From positions 29,948 to 93,947 of the forward strand of contig CAKOMS010000001.1 of assembly GCA_934096735.1 (NCBI GenBank): DNA of 64,000 nucleotides. The letters run 5' to 3'. A model generated the notes under the pieces. It searched no databases and was not told the DNA's origin. It saw nothing but the letters and a program-made list of their open reading frames with translations. The first letter of the stretch is position 1, and each line of letters begins with the position of its first letter. This document shows, piece by piece, positions 40,365-51,435 of the stretch. The position numbers and the translations under genes were made by a program. Source of the DNA: an uncultured Bacilli bacterium. Its GTDB lineage: Bacteria; Bacillota_I; Bacilli_A; RF39; UBA660.

Positions 40365-40550
40365 ATGGCTAAGAAAAGTTTAAAAGTAAAAAATAGTAGA
40401 CCACAAAAGTTTTCAACTAGAGAATATACTAGATGTGAAAGATGTGGAAGACCACATGGTGTATTAAGTAAATTTAAATTATGTCGTATTTGTTTTAGAG
40501 AACTTGCTAATAAAGGTCAAATACCTGGCGTTAAGAAATCAAGTTGGTAA
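40365..40550 (+). CDS. rpsZ: 30S ribosomal protein S14 type Z (zinc-binding, 61 aa)
   Basis: CxxC...CxxC ([20 protein letters not shown]); ATG 40365 after RBS aggtg. Confidence 0.93.
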   Translation: MAKKSLKVKNSRPQKFSTREYTRCERCGRPHGVLSKFKLCRICFRELANKGQIPGVKKSSW

Positions 40551-40564
40551 GAAGGAGGAATAAA

Positions 40565-40963
40565 ATGTTTGTACAAGATAAAATAGCTGATATGTTAACT
40601 CGTATCCGTAATGCTAATATAATGAAATATCCTACAGTTACTGTTATTGGAACTAAAATGACTTTAGGTATTGCAGAAATATTAAAGAATGAAGGATACA
40701 TTGAAGATTATAAATATGAAAAGAATACAAACGGTGATACTCTTACATTAACACTTAAATATGGTGCTAAAAAAGAAAGAGTTATTACTGGACTTAAAAG
40801 AATCAGTAAATCTGGTTTAAGAGTATATGCTAAAGCTGAAGAAATTCCTCGTGTTCTTAATGGACTTGGAATTGCAATTATATCTACTTCTAAAGGTTTA
40901 ATGACTGATAAAGAAGCTAGAGCAGCTAAGTTAGGAGGCGAAGTCCTTGCCTATATTTGGTAA
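40565..40963 (+). CDS. rpsH: 30S ribosomal protein S8
   Basis: [10 protein letters not shown] motif; ATG 40565 after RBS gaaggagg (ORF track 40544). Confidence 0.95.
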   Translation: MFVQDKIADMLTRIRNANIMKYPTVTVIGTKMTLGIAEILKNEGYIEDYKYEKNTNGDTLTLTLKYGAKKERVITGLKRISKSGLRVYAKAEEIPRVLNGLGIAIISTSKGLMTDKEARAAKLGGEVLAYIW

Positions 40964-40969
40964 GTAATT

Positions 40970-41506
40970 ATGAGTAGAATTGGTGAAAGAAATATAGTTA
41001 TACCACAAGGTACTAATGTTAGCGTTGATAATGGAGTTGTTTTAGTGAAGGGTCCAAAAGGAGAACTTACTTTAAATGTTAGTCCACTTATTGATGTTCA
41101 AGTATCAGATGGTGTTGTAAAGACTAGTCAAAAGAAAGTATCTAAATTTGCTAATATGATGCAAGGTACTACTAATTCTTTAATTTCTGGTATGGTAACT
41201 GGTGTTAGTACTGGATTTGAAAAAGGATTAGAAGCTGTTGGTGTAGGATATAGATTTAATGTTCAAGGAAATAAAATTACTGTTAATGCTGGATATAGTC
41301 ATCCTGTTGAAGTAATTGTTCCAGAAGAACTTACTTGTGAACTAGTATCAAGTACTGAAATTACAATTAAAGGTATTGATAAACAAAAAGTATCTGAATT
41401 TGCAGCTAATATAAGAAAAATTAGAGAACCAGAGCCTTATAAAGGTAAAGGAATTCGTTATAAAGGCGAATATGTTCGTCGTAAAGAAGGAAAGAAAGCG
41501 GCTTAA
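40970..41506 (+). CDS. rplF: 50S ribosomal protein L6
   Basis: Conserved sequence. Confidence 0.97.
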   Translation: MSRIGERNIVIPQGTNVSVDNGVVLVKGPKGELTLNVSPLIDVQVSDGVVKTSQKKVSKFANMMQGTTNSLISGMVTGVSTGFEKGLEAVGVGYRFNVQGNKITVNAGYSHPVEVIVPEELTCELVSSTEITIKGIDKQKVSEFAANIRKIREPEPYKGKGIRYKGEYVRRKEGKKAA

Positions 41507-41517
41507 GGAGGTAAAAT

Positions 41518-41874
41518 ATGATAAATAAGAAATCTAGAAATGAAACTCGTCTTATAAGACATAAAAGAGTTAGAAAAAATATTAGTGGTACAAAAGAAAT
41601 GCCAAGATTAAATGTTTTTCGTTCAAATAATGGTATTTATGCTCAAGTTATTGATGATGTAACTGGAACTACTTTAGTATCATCTTCAAGTCGTAGTTTA
41701 AAACTTTCTAATGGTGGTAATATTGAAGCTGCAAAAGCAGTTGGAACTGATATTGCTAAAAAATGTAAAGAAGCTAAAATAAGTAAAGTTACATTTGATC
41801 GTGGTGGTTACTTATATCATGGTCGTGTAAGCGCTTTAGCAGATGCTGCTAGAGAAGCAGGATTAGAGATATAA
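41518..41874 (+). CDS. rplR: 50S ribosomal protein L18
   Basis: Conserved sequence. Confidence 0.95.
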   Translation: MINKKSRNETRLIRHKRVRKNISGTKEMPRLNVFRSNNGIYAQVIDDVTGTTLVSSSSRSLKLSNGGNIEAAKAVGTDIAKKCKEAKISKVTFDRGGYLYHGRVSALADAAREAGLEI

Positions 41875-41883
41875 GGAGGAACT

Positions 41884-42402
41884 ATGGATAAGAAAGCTAA
41901 TAATAAAAAAAATATTGAAGCGAAAAAAAATTTATTAGAAGAAAAAGTTATTTCTATATCTAAAGTAACAAAAGTTACTAAGGGTGGTAGACATTTCCGT
42001 TTTAAGGCAGATGTTGCTGTTGGAAATAGAAAAGGTTTAGTTGGTATTGGAACTGGAAAAGCAAATGAAGTTTCAGAAGCAATTAAAAAAGCTATTCAAT
42101 CAGCGAATAAAAATGTTGTAAAAATTGCATTAATTGATAATAGAACAATACCTCATGATGCAACTGGAAAAGTTGGTAGAAGTGTAGTTCTAGTTAAACC
42201 TGCAAAAGAAGGTCGCGGAATAATTGCTGGTGGAGCTGCTAGAGCAGTTTTGGAACTTGCTGGTGTTAAAGATATTGTTGCAAAGAGCTTAGGAGCTAAT
42301 ACTCAAATAAATGTTGCTAAGGCTACTTTAGACGCATTAAAAAGTCAAAGAACTCCAGAACATATTGCAGAATTACGTGGCAAAAAAGTGGAGGAATTAT
42401 AA
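41884..42402 (+). CDS. rpsE: 30S ribosomal protein S5
   Basis: Conserved sequence. Confidence 0.97.
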   Translation: MDKKANNKKNIEAKKNLLEEKVISISKVTKVTKGGRHFRFKADVAVGNRKGLVGIGTGKANEVSEAIKKAIQSANKNVVKIALIDNRTIPHDATGKVGRSVVLVKPAKEGRGIIAGGAARAVLELAGVKDIVAKSLGANTQINVAKATLDALKSQRTPEHIAELRGKKVEEL

Positions 42403-42403
42403 T

Positions 42404-42847
42404 ATGAGATTAGAAAATTTACCAAAATCTAAAGAAACAAAAAGTATAAAAAGAGTTGGTCGTGGACCAGGTTCTGGTATGGGTAAAACATCTACTCGTG
42501 GAGAAAATGGTCAAAAATCTAGAAGTGGTGCTTCAATTGCTCCTTGGTTTCAAGGTGGTCAATCACCATTATATAGAAGACTTCCAAAAAGAGGATTTAA
42601 TAATAAAAGATTTAGAACTGAGTATGTTACAATTAATTTAACTGATTTAAATAAATTTTTTAATGATGGTGATGTAGTAACTCCAGAAGTATTAAAAGAA
42701 AGAGGAATTATTAAGAAGAGTCTTTGTGGAATTAAAGTTCTTGCTAATGGTTCATTAGAAAAGAAATTAACTGTTAAAGCAAATAGATTCTCAAGTAAGG
42801 CTGTTACTAAAATTGAAGAAGCCGGTGGCAAAGCTGAGGTGATTTAG
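42404..42847 (+). CDS. rplO: 50S ribosomal protein L15 (no L30 gene between S5 and L15)
   Basis: MRLENLPKSKETKSIKRVGRGPGSGMGKTS; ATG 42404 directly after the rpsE stop. Confidence 0.95.
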   Translation: MRLENLPKSKETKSIKRVGRGPGSGMGKTSTRGENGQKSRSGASIAPWFQGGQSPLYRRLPKRGFNNKRFRTEYVTINLTDLNKFFNDGDVVTPEVLKERGIIKKSLCGIKVLANGSLEKKLTVKANRFSSKAVTKIEEAGGKAEVI

Positions 42848-44110
42848 ATGTTTCGTGGGTTTTCCCAAATATTTAGTAAATCTAATAAAGATTTAAGAAA
42901 AAGAATATATTTCACTTTAGCTTGTCTAGGGCTATTCTGTTTGGGTACAACCGTAACAATACCTTGGGCATCACAAATATATCAAGATCTTGGATTTTTA
43001 GAGATATTTAATTTAATGAGTGGTGGTGGACTTCAAAATTTTTCAATCTTTGCTTTAGGTGTATCTCCTTACATAACTGCTAGTATTATTACTCAGTTAT
43101 TACAAATGGATATTATACCTTATTTTAAAGATTTGAAAGACCAAGGTTATGTTGGAAGACAAAAGATGAATAAAATTACTCGTTATTTATCTATAGTTCT
43201 TGCATTTATACAAGCTTATGCACTTTGTGCATTTTATATGAAAAACCTAGGCACAATGGAAATAATTAAAACAACTTTAGTTATGACTGCTGGAACAAGT
43301 TTCTGCTTGTGGTTAGGTGATGAAATTACTAAAAAGGGAATAGGTAATGGTTCATCAATGATAATTATGGCTGGTATTATTCAAAGTATGCCAAGTATAT
43401 TTAAAGGCGCATTTAATGCATTTATAAATGGTAGTTATTCAAATACTTTGGGTATTATATTATTTTCTACATTTATACTCGTTTACGTATTAGTATTAGT
43501 TGGTATTATATATATTCAACTTGCTGAAAGAAGAATACCAATTCAATATGCTAATAGAAGTAGTAGTGCTTATGGTGCTCAACAAAGTTATTTACCAATT
43601 AAAATTAACTCTGCTGGAGTTATACCAGTAATATTTGCACAAATATTATTAACTATTCCATCTACAATTGTAGCTTTTACAAAAAGTGAAAAAGCTATTG
43701 AATTTGTTAATAAATATATTATTTATTCTAGTGGTACTGGTATGATACTTTATGTACTATTAATTATATTCTTTGGATATTTTTATACATTTATGATAAT
43801 GAATCCTGAAGAGATGAGTAAGAATTTAAATGAAAGAGGAGGTTATATACCTGGTGTTAGACCTGGTAATGACACTACTAATTTTATTAGCAATTCAATG
43901 GGTAAACTTACTTTAGTAGGTAGTTTCTTCTTAATGGTAATTGCTATTTTACCAGTTCTAATGAGTAAGATATCTGGTCTAAATAGTGCAGTTACTATTG
44001 GTGGAACAGGACTTTTGATAGTGGTTGGTGTTGCTATTGAAACATTTAAACAAATTGAAAGTTCATTACTAGCAAGAAGTTATAAAGAAAAGAGAAAAAG
44101 ATTAAAATGA
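42848..44110 (+). CDS. secY: Preprotein translocase subunit SecY
   Basis: 10-TM SecY. Confidence 0.97.
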   Translation: MFRGFSQIFSKSNKDLRKRIYFTLACLGLFCLGTTVTIPWASQIYQDLGFLEIFNLMSGGGLQNFSIFALGVSPYITASIITQLLQMDIIPYFKDLKDQGYVGRQKMNKITRYLSIVLAFIQAYALCAFYMKNLGTMEIIKTTLVMTAGTSFCLWLGDEITKKGIGNGSSMIIMAGIIQSMPSIFKGAFNAFINGSYSNTLGIILFSTFILVYVLVLVGIIYIQLAERRIPIQYANRSSSAYGAQQSYLPIKINSAGVIPVIFAQILLTIPSTIVAFTKSEKAIEFVNKYIIYSSGTGMILYVLLIIFFGYFYTFMIMNPEEMSKNLNERGGYIPGVRPGNDTTNFISNSMGKLTLVGSFFLMVIAILPVLMSKISGLNSAVTIGGTGLLIVVGVAIETFKQIESSLLARSYKEKRKRLK

Positions 44111-44745
44111 AAAATGTAATTTTTATTGCACCTCCAGCTGCTGGAAAGGGTACTCAAAGTGAAAGACTTATGGAAATTGGTTATGAACATATTTCTACTG
44201 GAGATATGCTTAGAGAAGAAATTAGTAAAAATACAGTATTAGGTAAAGAGATAAATGAAATAATTACAAAGGGTAAGTTAGTTAGTGATGAGTTAGTATT
44301 TGAACTTATTACTAATAAAATTACTAACTTAAGTAAACCATTTATTTTAGATGGATTTCCTAGGACTATTAATCAAGCTAAATTACTAGATGAATTATTT
44401 CAAAAGTTAAATATTACCAATTATGAAGTTGTGTATTTAGATGTATCTTTAGATGTTGCATTAAAAAGAGCATTAGGAAGGCTTACTTGTTCATGTGGTT
44501 CTTCTTATAATATATATAATGAAAATTTAAAACCAAAGTTAGAAAATATTTGTGATAAATGTGGAAAAGTTTTGGTTAAAAGAAATGATGATAATGAAGA
44601 ATCATTTAAAGTAAGATTTGAAACATTTTTAAATAATATTGAACCTATAAAGGATTTTTATAGAGAAAAAGGCAGATTACATATAATTGATACAATGTTA
44701 TCTACAGAAGAAGTTACAGATAGAATTAAGGGAATTTTGATATGA
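44107..44745 (+). CDS. adk: Adenylate kinase (zinc-lid type)
   Basis: P-loop GAPGAGKGTQ-like (PPAAGKGTQ), lid CSCG...CDKCG. Confidence 0.95.
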   Translation: MKNVIFIAPPAAGKGTQSERLMEIGYEHISTGDMLREEISKNTVLGKEINEIITKGKLVSDELVFELITNKITNLSKPFILDGFPRTINQAKLLDELFQKLNITNYEVVYLDVSLDVALKRALGRLTCSCGSSYNIYNENLKPKLENICDKCGKVLVKRNDDNEESFKVRFETFLNNIEPIKDFYREKGRLHIIDTMLSTEEVTDRIKGILI

Positions 44746-45485
44746 TTAGTTTAAAGAGTGATAGAGAAATAGAACTTATGAAACATGCTGGGTATATTAA
44801 TTACCTAACTCATAAAGAAGTTTATAAAAATTTGAAACCTGGTATTAGTACTAAGGCTTTAAATGATATTGCATATAATTTTATTATAAGTAATGATTGT
44901 AAGCCATCTTTTTTGAATTATGAAGGTTACCCAGCAAGTATCTGTATATCAATTAATGATGAAGTAGTTCATGGTATTCCATCTAGAAGAAAAATTAAAG
45001 ATGGTGATGTAGTATCTGTTGATATTGGTGTAGAGTATAAAGGGTATCATTCAGATTCAGCAAATACATATATTGTAGGAAACTCTAATAAAGAAATTGA
45101 AGATTTAGTTAAATATACTAAAGAATCTTTGTATGAGGGCTTGAGTGTTATTAAAGATGGTGTTAAAATAAGTGATATTGGAAGCAAAATTGAAGAATTT
45201 GCTAAGATTCATAATTTGGGAGTTGTTAGAGAACTTGTTGGACATGGTGTTGGTACTGATGTTCATGAAGAACCTGATGTTCCTAATTATTACACTAAAT
45301 GTAACACTAGGTTAAAAGCAGGAATGGTAATTGCTGTAGAACCAATGCTAACTTTGGGAAGTAGACATATTTATATGGAAGAAGATGACTGGACTATTAA
45401 AACAGAAGATGGACTTCCAAGTGCCCATTTTGAGCATACAGTACTCGTTACAAAAGACGGATTTGTTATACTAACAGGAGAGTGA
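44742..45485 (+). CDS. map: Methionine aminopeptidase type I
   Basis: Conserved pita-bread fold metal ligands (D..D..H..E..E). Confidence 0.95.
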   Translation: MISLKSDREIELMKHAGYINYLTHKEVYKNLKPGISTKALNDIAYNFIISNDCKPSFLNYEGYPASICISINDEVVHGIPSRRKIKDGDVVSVDIGVEYKGYHSDSANTYIVGNSNKEIEDLVKYTKESLYEGLSVIKDGVKISDIGSKIEEFAKIHNLGVVRELVGHGVGTDVHEEPDVPNYYTKCNTRLKAGMVIAVEPMLTLGSRHIYMEEDDWTIKTEDGLPSAHFEHTVLVTKDGFVILTGE

Positions 45486-45718
45486 GAAAATTGGCAGAAT
45501 CCAAAAAGAATGATAAAATAGAAGTAGAAGGCAAAGTTATTGAAGTTTTAAAAGGTTCTGATTACCTTGTAGAACTATCTAATGGACATACTGTAAAAGC
45601 CTACGTTTCTGGTAAAATGCGTATGAATATGATACGTATCTTACCGGGTGATACCGTTACAGTACAACTTTCGCCTTATGATTTAACACGTGGGATTATA
45701 ACATGGAATAAACGATAA
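45482..45718 (+). CDS. infA: Translation initiation factor IF-1
   Basis: S1/OB fold; GTG/TTG start (45482 or 45491). Confidence 0.93.
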   Translation: MRKLAESKKNDKIEVEGKVIEVLKGSDYLVELSNGHTVKAYVSGKMRMNMIRILPGDTVTVQLSPYDLTRGIITWNKR

Positions 45719-45730
45719 TGGAGGGAAATT

Positions 45731-45844
45731 ATGAAGGTTAGACCATCAGTAAAGAAAATTTGTAAAAAATGTAAAATTATTAGAAGAAATGGAAAAGTTA
45801 TGGTTATCTGTGATAACCCTAAACATAAACAAGTTCAAGGTTAG
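45731..45844 (+). CDS. rpmJ: 50S ribosomal protein L36 (zinc-ribbon type, 37 aa; absent from the ORF track)
   Basis: [37 protein letters not shown] read directly from the sequence; RBS ggaggg. Confidence 0.93.
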   Translation: MKVRPSVKKICKKCKIIRRNGKVMVICDNPKHKQVQG

Positions 45845-45852
45845 GAGGAATT

Positions 45853-46227
45853 ATGGCTAGAATTAAGAATATTGAACTACCAAGTGAAAAACACACTTGT
45901 ATAGGTCTTACAGCTATTTATGGAATTGGTCGTCCACTTGCTAAGACTATTTGTAAAGACGCTGGTGTTTTAGAAACAAAGAAAATTAAAGATTTAACAG
46001 AGGATGAAATCACTAAATTAAGAAAAGAAATTGATAAATATGTTGTTGAAGGTGATTTAAGAAGAGATGTTCAAATGAGCATTAAAAACAAAATGGAAAT
46101 CAACTGCTATGAAGGTGTTAGACACAAAAAAGGATTACCAGTTAGAGGACAAAGAACAAGCAGAAATGCTAAGACTCGTAAAGGTAAAGGTAAAGTTGTT
46201 GCTAACAAGAAAAAGGTTGGAAAGTAG
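45853..46227 (+). CDS. rpsM: 30S ribosomal protein S13
   Basis: Conserved sequence. Confidence 0.97.
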   Translation: MARIKNIELPSEKHTCIGLTAIYGIGRPLAKTICKDAGVLETKKIKDLTEDEITKLRKEIDKYVVEGDLRRDVQMSIKNKMEINCYEGVRHKKGLPVRGQRTSRNAKTRKGKGKVVANKKKVGK

Positions 46228-46237
46228 AGGTTAACTT

Positions 46238-46621
46238 ATGGCATATAATAGAAGAAAAAGAAAAATTAAGAAAAATATTCCAGAAGCAGAAGCTCATATT
46301 CATTCAACATATAATAACACTATAGTTACTATATCTGATAAAGCTGGTAATGCTATTAGTTGGTCAAGTGCTGGTAGAATTGGATATTTAGGAAGTAAAA
46401 AGAAAACTCCTTTTGCTGCTGGTCTTACAGCAGAAGCTGCTGCACAAGCTGCTATTGAACAAGGTGTAAAAAAAGTTGATGTTTATGTTAAAGGTTTAGG
46501 TCCTGGAAGAGAAAATGCAATTAGATCATTACAAACTGCTGGATTAGAAGTAACAAGTATTGTTGATGAAACTCCTATTCCACACAATGGATGTCGTCCA
46601 CCTAAAAGACCTAGAAATTAA
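46238..46621 (+). CDS. rpsK: 30S ribosomal protein S11
   Basis: Conserved sequence. Confidence 0.97.
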   Translation: MAYNRRKRKIKKNIPEAEAHIHSTYNNTIVTISDKAGNAISWSSAGRIGYLGSKKKTPFAAGLTAEAAAQAAIEQGVKKVDVYVKGLGPGRENAIRSLQTAGLEVTSIVDETPIPHNGCRPPKRPRN

Positions 46622-46647
46622 TGTAGTTAAGAAAGGAATATTGTATT

Positions 46648-47595
46648 ATGACTATAAAATTTGAAAAACCAGAATACAAAATTACTGAATACATCGATAG
46701 CAATCATTTTGGAAAATTTGAAATTGATCCACTTGAAAGAGGATTTGGTACAACACTTGGAAATGCACTTAGAAGAGTTTTATTATCTAGTTTACCAGGT
46801 AGTGCTGTTACTAGCATTAAAATTGATGGTGTGTTACATGAATTTCAAAAAATTGAAGGTGTTGTAGAGGATGTTACTGCAATTGTATTAAACATTAAAA
46901 ATTTAGTTGTTAAAAATCATTCTGAAGAAATGAAAACAATTAGATTATATGCTGATCAAGAAGGTCCAGTAACTGCTGGAATGATTGACAGAGATGCAGA
47001 AGTAGATATTATTAATCCTGACTTAGTTATATGTAACTTAGTTAAAGGGGGAAAAATTGATATTGAAATGACTGTTGAAAATGGTCGTGGATATGTTGAT
47101 TCAAAAGAAAATAAAAAAAGATTACAAGATGCTAAAGTTGGTACTATAGCAATTGATTCAAACTATACACCAATTGAACTTGTAAAATATGAAGTTGTTG
47201 ATACTAGAGTTGGTCATAATGAAAATTATGATAAACTAATTATGGAAATTTCAACAAATGGTAGTATGAATCCTGAAGAAGCTATGGCACTTGCTGCTAA
47301 AATATTAGTTGAGCACTTTAATATTATAGCTGACTTAAATGAAATAAGTGATTTCTCAGGATTAATGCAAGAGAAAAAAGTAGATACAATTACTAAGACT
47401 TTAGAGACTCCAATTGAAGAAGTTGAGTTCAGTGTAAGAGCTTATAATTGTTTAAAAAGAGCTGGTATTCATACAGTTCAAGATTTAGTAGATAAGAAAG
47501 AAGTAGAAGTTACTAAAATTAGAAACTTAGGAAAGAAATCTTTGAAAGAAGTTCTTGATAAAGTCGCTGATTTAGGACTATCATTTAAGGAGTAA
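46648..47595 (+). CDS. rpoA: DNA-directed RNA polymerase subunit alpha
   Basis: Conserved NTD/CTD. Confidence 0.97.
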   Translation: MTIKFEKPEYKITEYIDSNHFGKFEIDPLERGFGTTLGNALRRVLLSSLPGSAVTSIKIDGVLHEFQKIEGVVEDVTAIVLNIKNLVVKNHSEEMKTIRLYADQEGPVTAGMIDRDAEVDIINPDLVICNLVKGGKIDIEMTVENGRGYVDSKENKKRLQDAKVGTIAIDSNYTPIELVKYEVVDTRVGHNENYDKLIMEISTNGSMNPEEAMALAAKILVEHFNIIADLNEISDFSGLMQEKKVDTITKTLETPIEEVEFSVRAYNCLKRAGIHTVQDLVDKKEVEVTKIRNLGKKSLKEVLDKVADLGLSFKE

Positions 47596-47601
47596 TGGAT
47601 T

Positions 47602-47943
47602 ATGGCATATAGAAAATTAGGTAGAGAAACAAGAATAAGAAGAAGCATTTTAGCAGGACTTACAAAAGATGTTATAATGCATGAATCTGTAGTAACTACT
47701 GAAGCAAGAGCTAAGGAAGTTAGAAAATTTGTTGATAAAATGATTACTTATGGTAAGAAAGGTACTTTAGTATCTCGTCGTAAAGCTTTAGCATTTTTAC
47801 ATAATGATAAAGATGTTACTAACAAAATTTTTAATGAACTTGCTAAAAGATATGAAAATCGTAATGGTGGATATACAAGAATTATTAAACTTGCAGAACG
47901 TCGTGGCGATGATGCTTTAGAAGTTAGAATTGAATTAGTTTAG
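47602..47943 (+). CDS. rplQ: 50S ribosomal protein L17
   Basis: Conserved sequence. Confidence 0.97.
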   Translation: MAYRKLGRETRIRRSILAGLTKDVIMHESVVTTEARAKEVRKFVDKMITYGKKGTLVSRRKALAFLHNDKDVTNKIFNELAKRYENRNGGYTRIIKLAERRGDDALEVRIELV

Positions 47944-47951
47944 AAAAATTG

Positions 47952-47981
47952 AGAAAGTTATAAAATACTTTCTTTTTTTAT
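47952..47981 (+). terminator. Rho-independent terminator after rplQ (gaaagt/actttc stem plus T-run)
   Basis: Hairpin plus ttttttt. Confidence 0.65.
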
Positions 47982-48042
47982 ACAATAAATTAATTATATA
48001 TGATAAAATAGTAAGTAGTGAAAATGTAGTTAGAGGTGTGTT

Positions 48043-48828
48043 ATGGCAAAAGTTATTTCATTAGTAAATCAAAAGGGTGGAGTTGGAAAGACTACAACAA
48101 GTATAAATTTAGCTGCTGCGTTAGGAAAAGAAAATAAAAGAGTTTTAATTATAGATTTAGATCCTCAAAGTAATGCAACAACTGGGCTTGGATTAAATTC
48201 AAATGATTTTAATCATGATATTTATGAAGTAGTTACTGGAGCTTGTGATATAGAACAAGCTATAAAAAAAACTAAATTTCAGAATTTAGCAATTATTCCT
48301 TCAACTTTAAATTTAGCAGGTGTAGATGTTGAATTTGTAAAAAGAATGTTAGAGGATAAAGATTTTAGACAAAATGATCAATTAAAGAATGCGATTAATA
48401 GAATTAGAGATGCATTTGATTATATTATTATTGATTGTCAACCTTCACTTGGACTTGGTACAATGAATGCATTAGTTGCAAGTGATTCGGTTATTATTCC
48501 TGTTCAATGTGAATTTTTTGCACTTGAAGGAATTACACAATTATTAAATTCAATTATAATGGTTCAATCTAGTATGAATCCTACTTTAAGAATTGAGGGT
48601 GTTTTACTTACTATGTTAGATGGTAGAACTAATATTGGACTTGAAGTAATTGAGGAAATTAGAAAATATTTTAAAGATAAAGTTTTTAATACAATTATCC
48701 CAAGACTTGTAAGACTTGTTGAAGCACCATCACATGGTAAACCAATTAATGAGTATGATCCTACTAGTCGTGCTACTGAAGCGTATCACAATTTAGCAAA
48801 GGAAGTGATTGAGAGAAATGGAAACTAA
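48043..48828 (+). CDS. parA: Chromosome partitioning ATPase ParA/Soj
   Basis: Deviant Walker A KGGVGKTT; 261 aa. Confidence 0.93.
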   Translation: MAKVISLVNQKGGVGKTTTSINLAAALGKENKRVLIIDLDPQSNATTGLGLNSNDFNHDIYEVVTGACDIEQAIKKTKFQNLAIIPSTLNLAGVDVEFVKRMLEDKDFRQNDQLKNAINRIRDAFDYIIIDCQPSLGLGTMNALVASDSVIIPVQCEFFALEGITQLLNSIIMVQSSMNPTLRIEGVLLTMLDGRTNIGLEVIEEIRKYFKDKVFNTIIPRLVRLVEAPSHGKPINEYDPTSRATEAYHNLAKEVIERNGN

Positions 48829-49705
48829 AAAGAAGGCTTTAGGTAAAGGATTAGAGCAATTATTTGCTAATAATGTTATTGATTTCGATAATTTTGAAAA
48901 AGAGATAGTAACTGAAGCAAAAAAAGATAATGGAATTGCTATGATTAGAATAGCTGATATTAGAAGTAATCCATATCAACCAAGAAAATCATTTAATGAA
49001 GATACTTTGAATGAACTTGCACAATCTATAAAAGAGTATGGACTTGTACAACCTATTATTGTTAAAAAGAGTATTAAAGGTTATGAGTTAGTAGCTGGCG
49101 AAAGAAGATGTAAAGCGTCTAGAATTGCCGGACTTACTGAAATACCTGCTATAATTAAAGATTTCACTGATGATGAAATGATGGAACTTGCTCTTATTGA
49201 AAATATACAAAGAGAAGATTTAAATTCTATTGATGAAGCTAAAAGTGTAATGAATATTATTAAACTTAAAGGTTATACTCAAGAAGAGTTTGCATTAAAA
49301 TTTGGTAAAAGTAGAACTTATGTTACTAATTTATTAGGTCTTTTAAATTTACCTAATGATGTACAGGAATTAGTTATTTTAAAAAAGATTAGTCCATCTC
49401 ATGCTAGATTGTTAAGTAAACTTGATGATCCTTTAGAAATTAATAGACTTGCTAATCGTATTATGTTAGAAAAACTAAATGTAAGAGATTTAGAAGATAT
49501 TGTTAATAATGTAGAGGTTGTTAAAAGAAAACCATTAGCTTATACTCATACTGATCCCAAATATCGTATTTATGAAAATGTAATTAGTGATAAAGTTGGT
49601 AATAAAGTTAAAGTTAAGAAAAATAAAATTGAAATTTCTTTTGATTCATTAAAAGATTTAGAAAGAATTATGGATATTTTGAATATATCTATTGGAGAAG
49701 ATTAA
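48809..49705 (+). CDS. parB: Chromosome partitioning protein ParB/Spo0J (CTPase, parS-binding)
   Basis: ParB box GERRCKAS, HTH GKSRTYVTNLL; overlaps parA by 20 nt. Confidence 0.93.
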   Translation: MREMETKKKALGKGLEQLFANNVIDFDNFEKEIVTEAKKDNGIAMIRIADIRSNPYQPRKSFNEDTLNELAQSIKEYGLVQPIIVKKSIKGYELVAGERRCKASRIAGLTEIPAIIKDFTDDEMMELALIENIQREDLNSIDEAKSVMNIIKLKGYTQEEFALKFGKSRTYVTNLLGLLNLPNDVQELVILKKISPSHARLLSKLDDPLEINRLANRIMLEKLNVRDLEDIVNNVEVVKRKPLAYTHTDPKYRIYENVISDKVGNKVKVKKNKIEISFDSLKDLERIMDILNISIGED

Positions 49706-49901
49706 CATGGATAAATCATTTAATTTAGATGATGTTGTTGTGATGAGAAAACCTCACGCTTGTGGAACAAATTTATGGACAATAACTAGAATGGGTGTTG
49801 ATGTTAAGATTAAATGTAATTCATGTGGAAGAGAAATTATGATGGATAGATTAGAGTTTACCAGAAAATTAAAAAAGGTGATTAATGATGAGAAAAAATA
49901 A
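49692..49901 (+). CDS. DUF951-family small protein (YyzM-like, CxxC...CxxC)
   Basis: 69 aa with HACG...CNSCG; a gene of this family sits near parB in Bacillus. Confidence 0.5.
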   Translation: MEKINMDKSFNLDDVVVMRKPHACGTNLWTITRMGVDVKIKCNSCGREIMMDRLEFTRKLKKVINDEKK

Positions 49902-51426
49902 AAAAATTAGAGAACATTTGCATCCGATAATGGTGTATGTTCTTTTGATACTTGGAACTATATTTCTTAGTGGATTTTTATATTTATTAGATACACAAGC
50001 TACATATTATAGTGTTAATCCAATAACATATAGTATTACTCCAAAAACTGAAGTTGTTGAATCTTTACTAAGTTTGAGTGGACTTAAATATATTTTTACT
50101 ACTACTGTATCTAATTTTGCAAATTTTACAGTTTTATCTAACTTAATTATTATATTAATGGGTATTAGTATATTAGATAAAAGTGGATTTTTACAAACGG
50201 CAATAACTCTTACAACTAAAAAACTTAGAAAGAAGGCAGTTACATTTTTATTTGTATTAGTTTGTTTACTTAGTAGTTTATTTGGTGATTTATCTTATTT
50301 GGTATTCATTCCACTAGGTGCATATTTATTTTATTATGGAAGAAGAAACCCAGCAATCGGAATTATTGCCTCTTTTGCAGCTTTATCTTGTGGAAGTGCA
50401 CTTAATATATTCTTTACTAGTAGTGATTCTGAATTACTTAGTTATACAATACTTGCTAGTCAGACTTTAGATTCAACTTATAATATTGGAACATCAGCAT
50501 TTTTTCTTATAATGCTTGTAGCAGTTGTGTTGGTTGCATTTATAATAACAAACGTTACCGAAAATATTATTGCTAAAAAATTACCTAAATATGAGTTTTC
50601 TGAAACTGAACTTATTGAAGATATAGTAACAAAAGATGAACAAAAGGGTATGATGTATGCTTTGACTGCTGCTTTTGTTTATTTAATTATATTTATTTAT
50701 AATATTATACCAGGGTTACCACTTAGTGGAGCATTACTTGATAATAGTCAAATTTTATATATTGATAAGTTATTTAGTGTTAATTCATTCTTTACTAATG
50801 GTTTTGTATTTATAGTTACTATGTTATTTATTATTCTTGGATTATTTTATGGTATTGGTTCTAAATCAATAAAGACTCATAAAGATTTTTGCAATTATTT
50901 AGGACATAGTTTAGATGGTATTGGGAATATTTTAGTAATGATTTTTTTAGCATCAACTTTTATTAGTGTTTTTAAGGAAACTAATATTGGTAATGTTTTG
51001 GTAGCATATTTTGGCAATTTAATAAGTAACTCTAATTTTACCGGATTATCTTTAATTGTTTTAATATTTGTACTAGTTTTTATTGCATCAATATTTTTGC
51101 CATCAAGTAGTTTAAAATGGTTCTTATTATCTGGTACTATTGTTCCACTTTGTATGAATACTGGAATTAGTCCAGAGTTTACTCAAATTATATATAGATT
51201 TGCAGAAACTTCTTCACTTAATATAACACCACTTTTAGCATACTTTATTGTATATTTGAGTTTTTTGGAAAAATTTAATCAAAGTGAAGATAAAATTAGA
51301 TTAAAAGATTCAATTAAATATCAAATTCCATATACTGCTATAATATCTTTAGCATTATTAGCATTATTAATTATTTGGTATATAATTGGATTGCCACTTG
51401 GAATAGATAGTATTCCAACATTATAG
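49885..51426 (+). CDS. AbgT-family transporter (p-aminobenzoyl-glutamate/antimetabolite exporter family)
   Basis: LSGLKYIFTTTVSNFANFTVLSNLIIILMGISILDKSGF resembles the AbgT N-terminal signature; 513 aa polytopic. Confidence 0.6.
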   Translation: MMRKNKKIREHLHPIMVYVLLILGTIFLSGFLYLLDTQATYYSVNPITYSITPKTEVVESLLSLSGLKYIFTTTVSNFANFTVLSNLIIILMGISILDKSGFLQTAITLTTKKLRKKAVTFLFVLVCLLSSLFGDLSYLVFIPLGAYLFYYGRRNPAIGIIASFAALSCGSALNIFFTSSDSELLSYTILASQTLDSTYNIGTSAFFLIMLVAVVLVAFIITNVTENIIAKKLPKYEFSETELIEDIVTKDEQKGMMYALTAAFVYLIIFIYNIIPGLPLSGALLDNSQILYIDKLFSVNSFFTNGFVFIVTMLFIILGLFYGIGSKSIKTHKDFCNYLGHSLDGIGNILVMIFLASTFISVFKETNIGNVLVAYFGNLISNSNFTGLSLIVLIFVLVFIASIFLPSSSLKWFLLSGTIVPLCMNTGISPEFTQIIYRFAETSSLNITPLLAYFIVYLSFLEKFNQSEDKIRLKDSIKYQIPYTAIISLALLALLIIWYIIGLPLGIDSIPTL

Positions 51427-51435
51427 GGAGGTTTT

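Noticed and set aside
42456-42641. Same-strand alternative-frame ORFs inside rplO (42456-42641) and rpoA (46661-46867)
   Set aside because: Internal out-of-frame ORFs within conserved ribosomal/RNAP genes; no independent signals.
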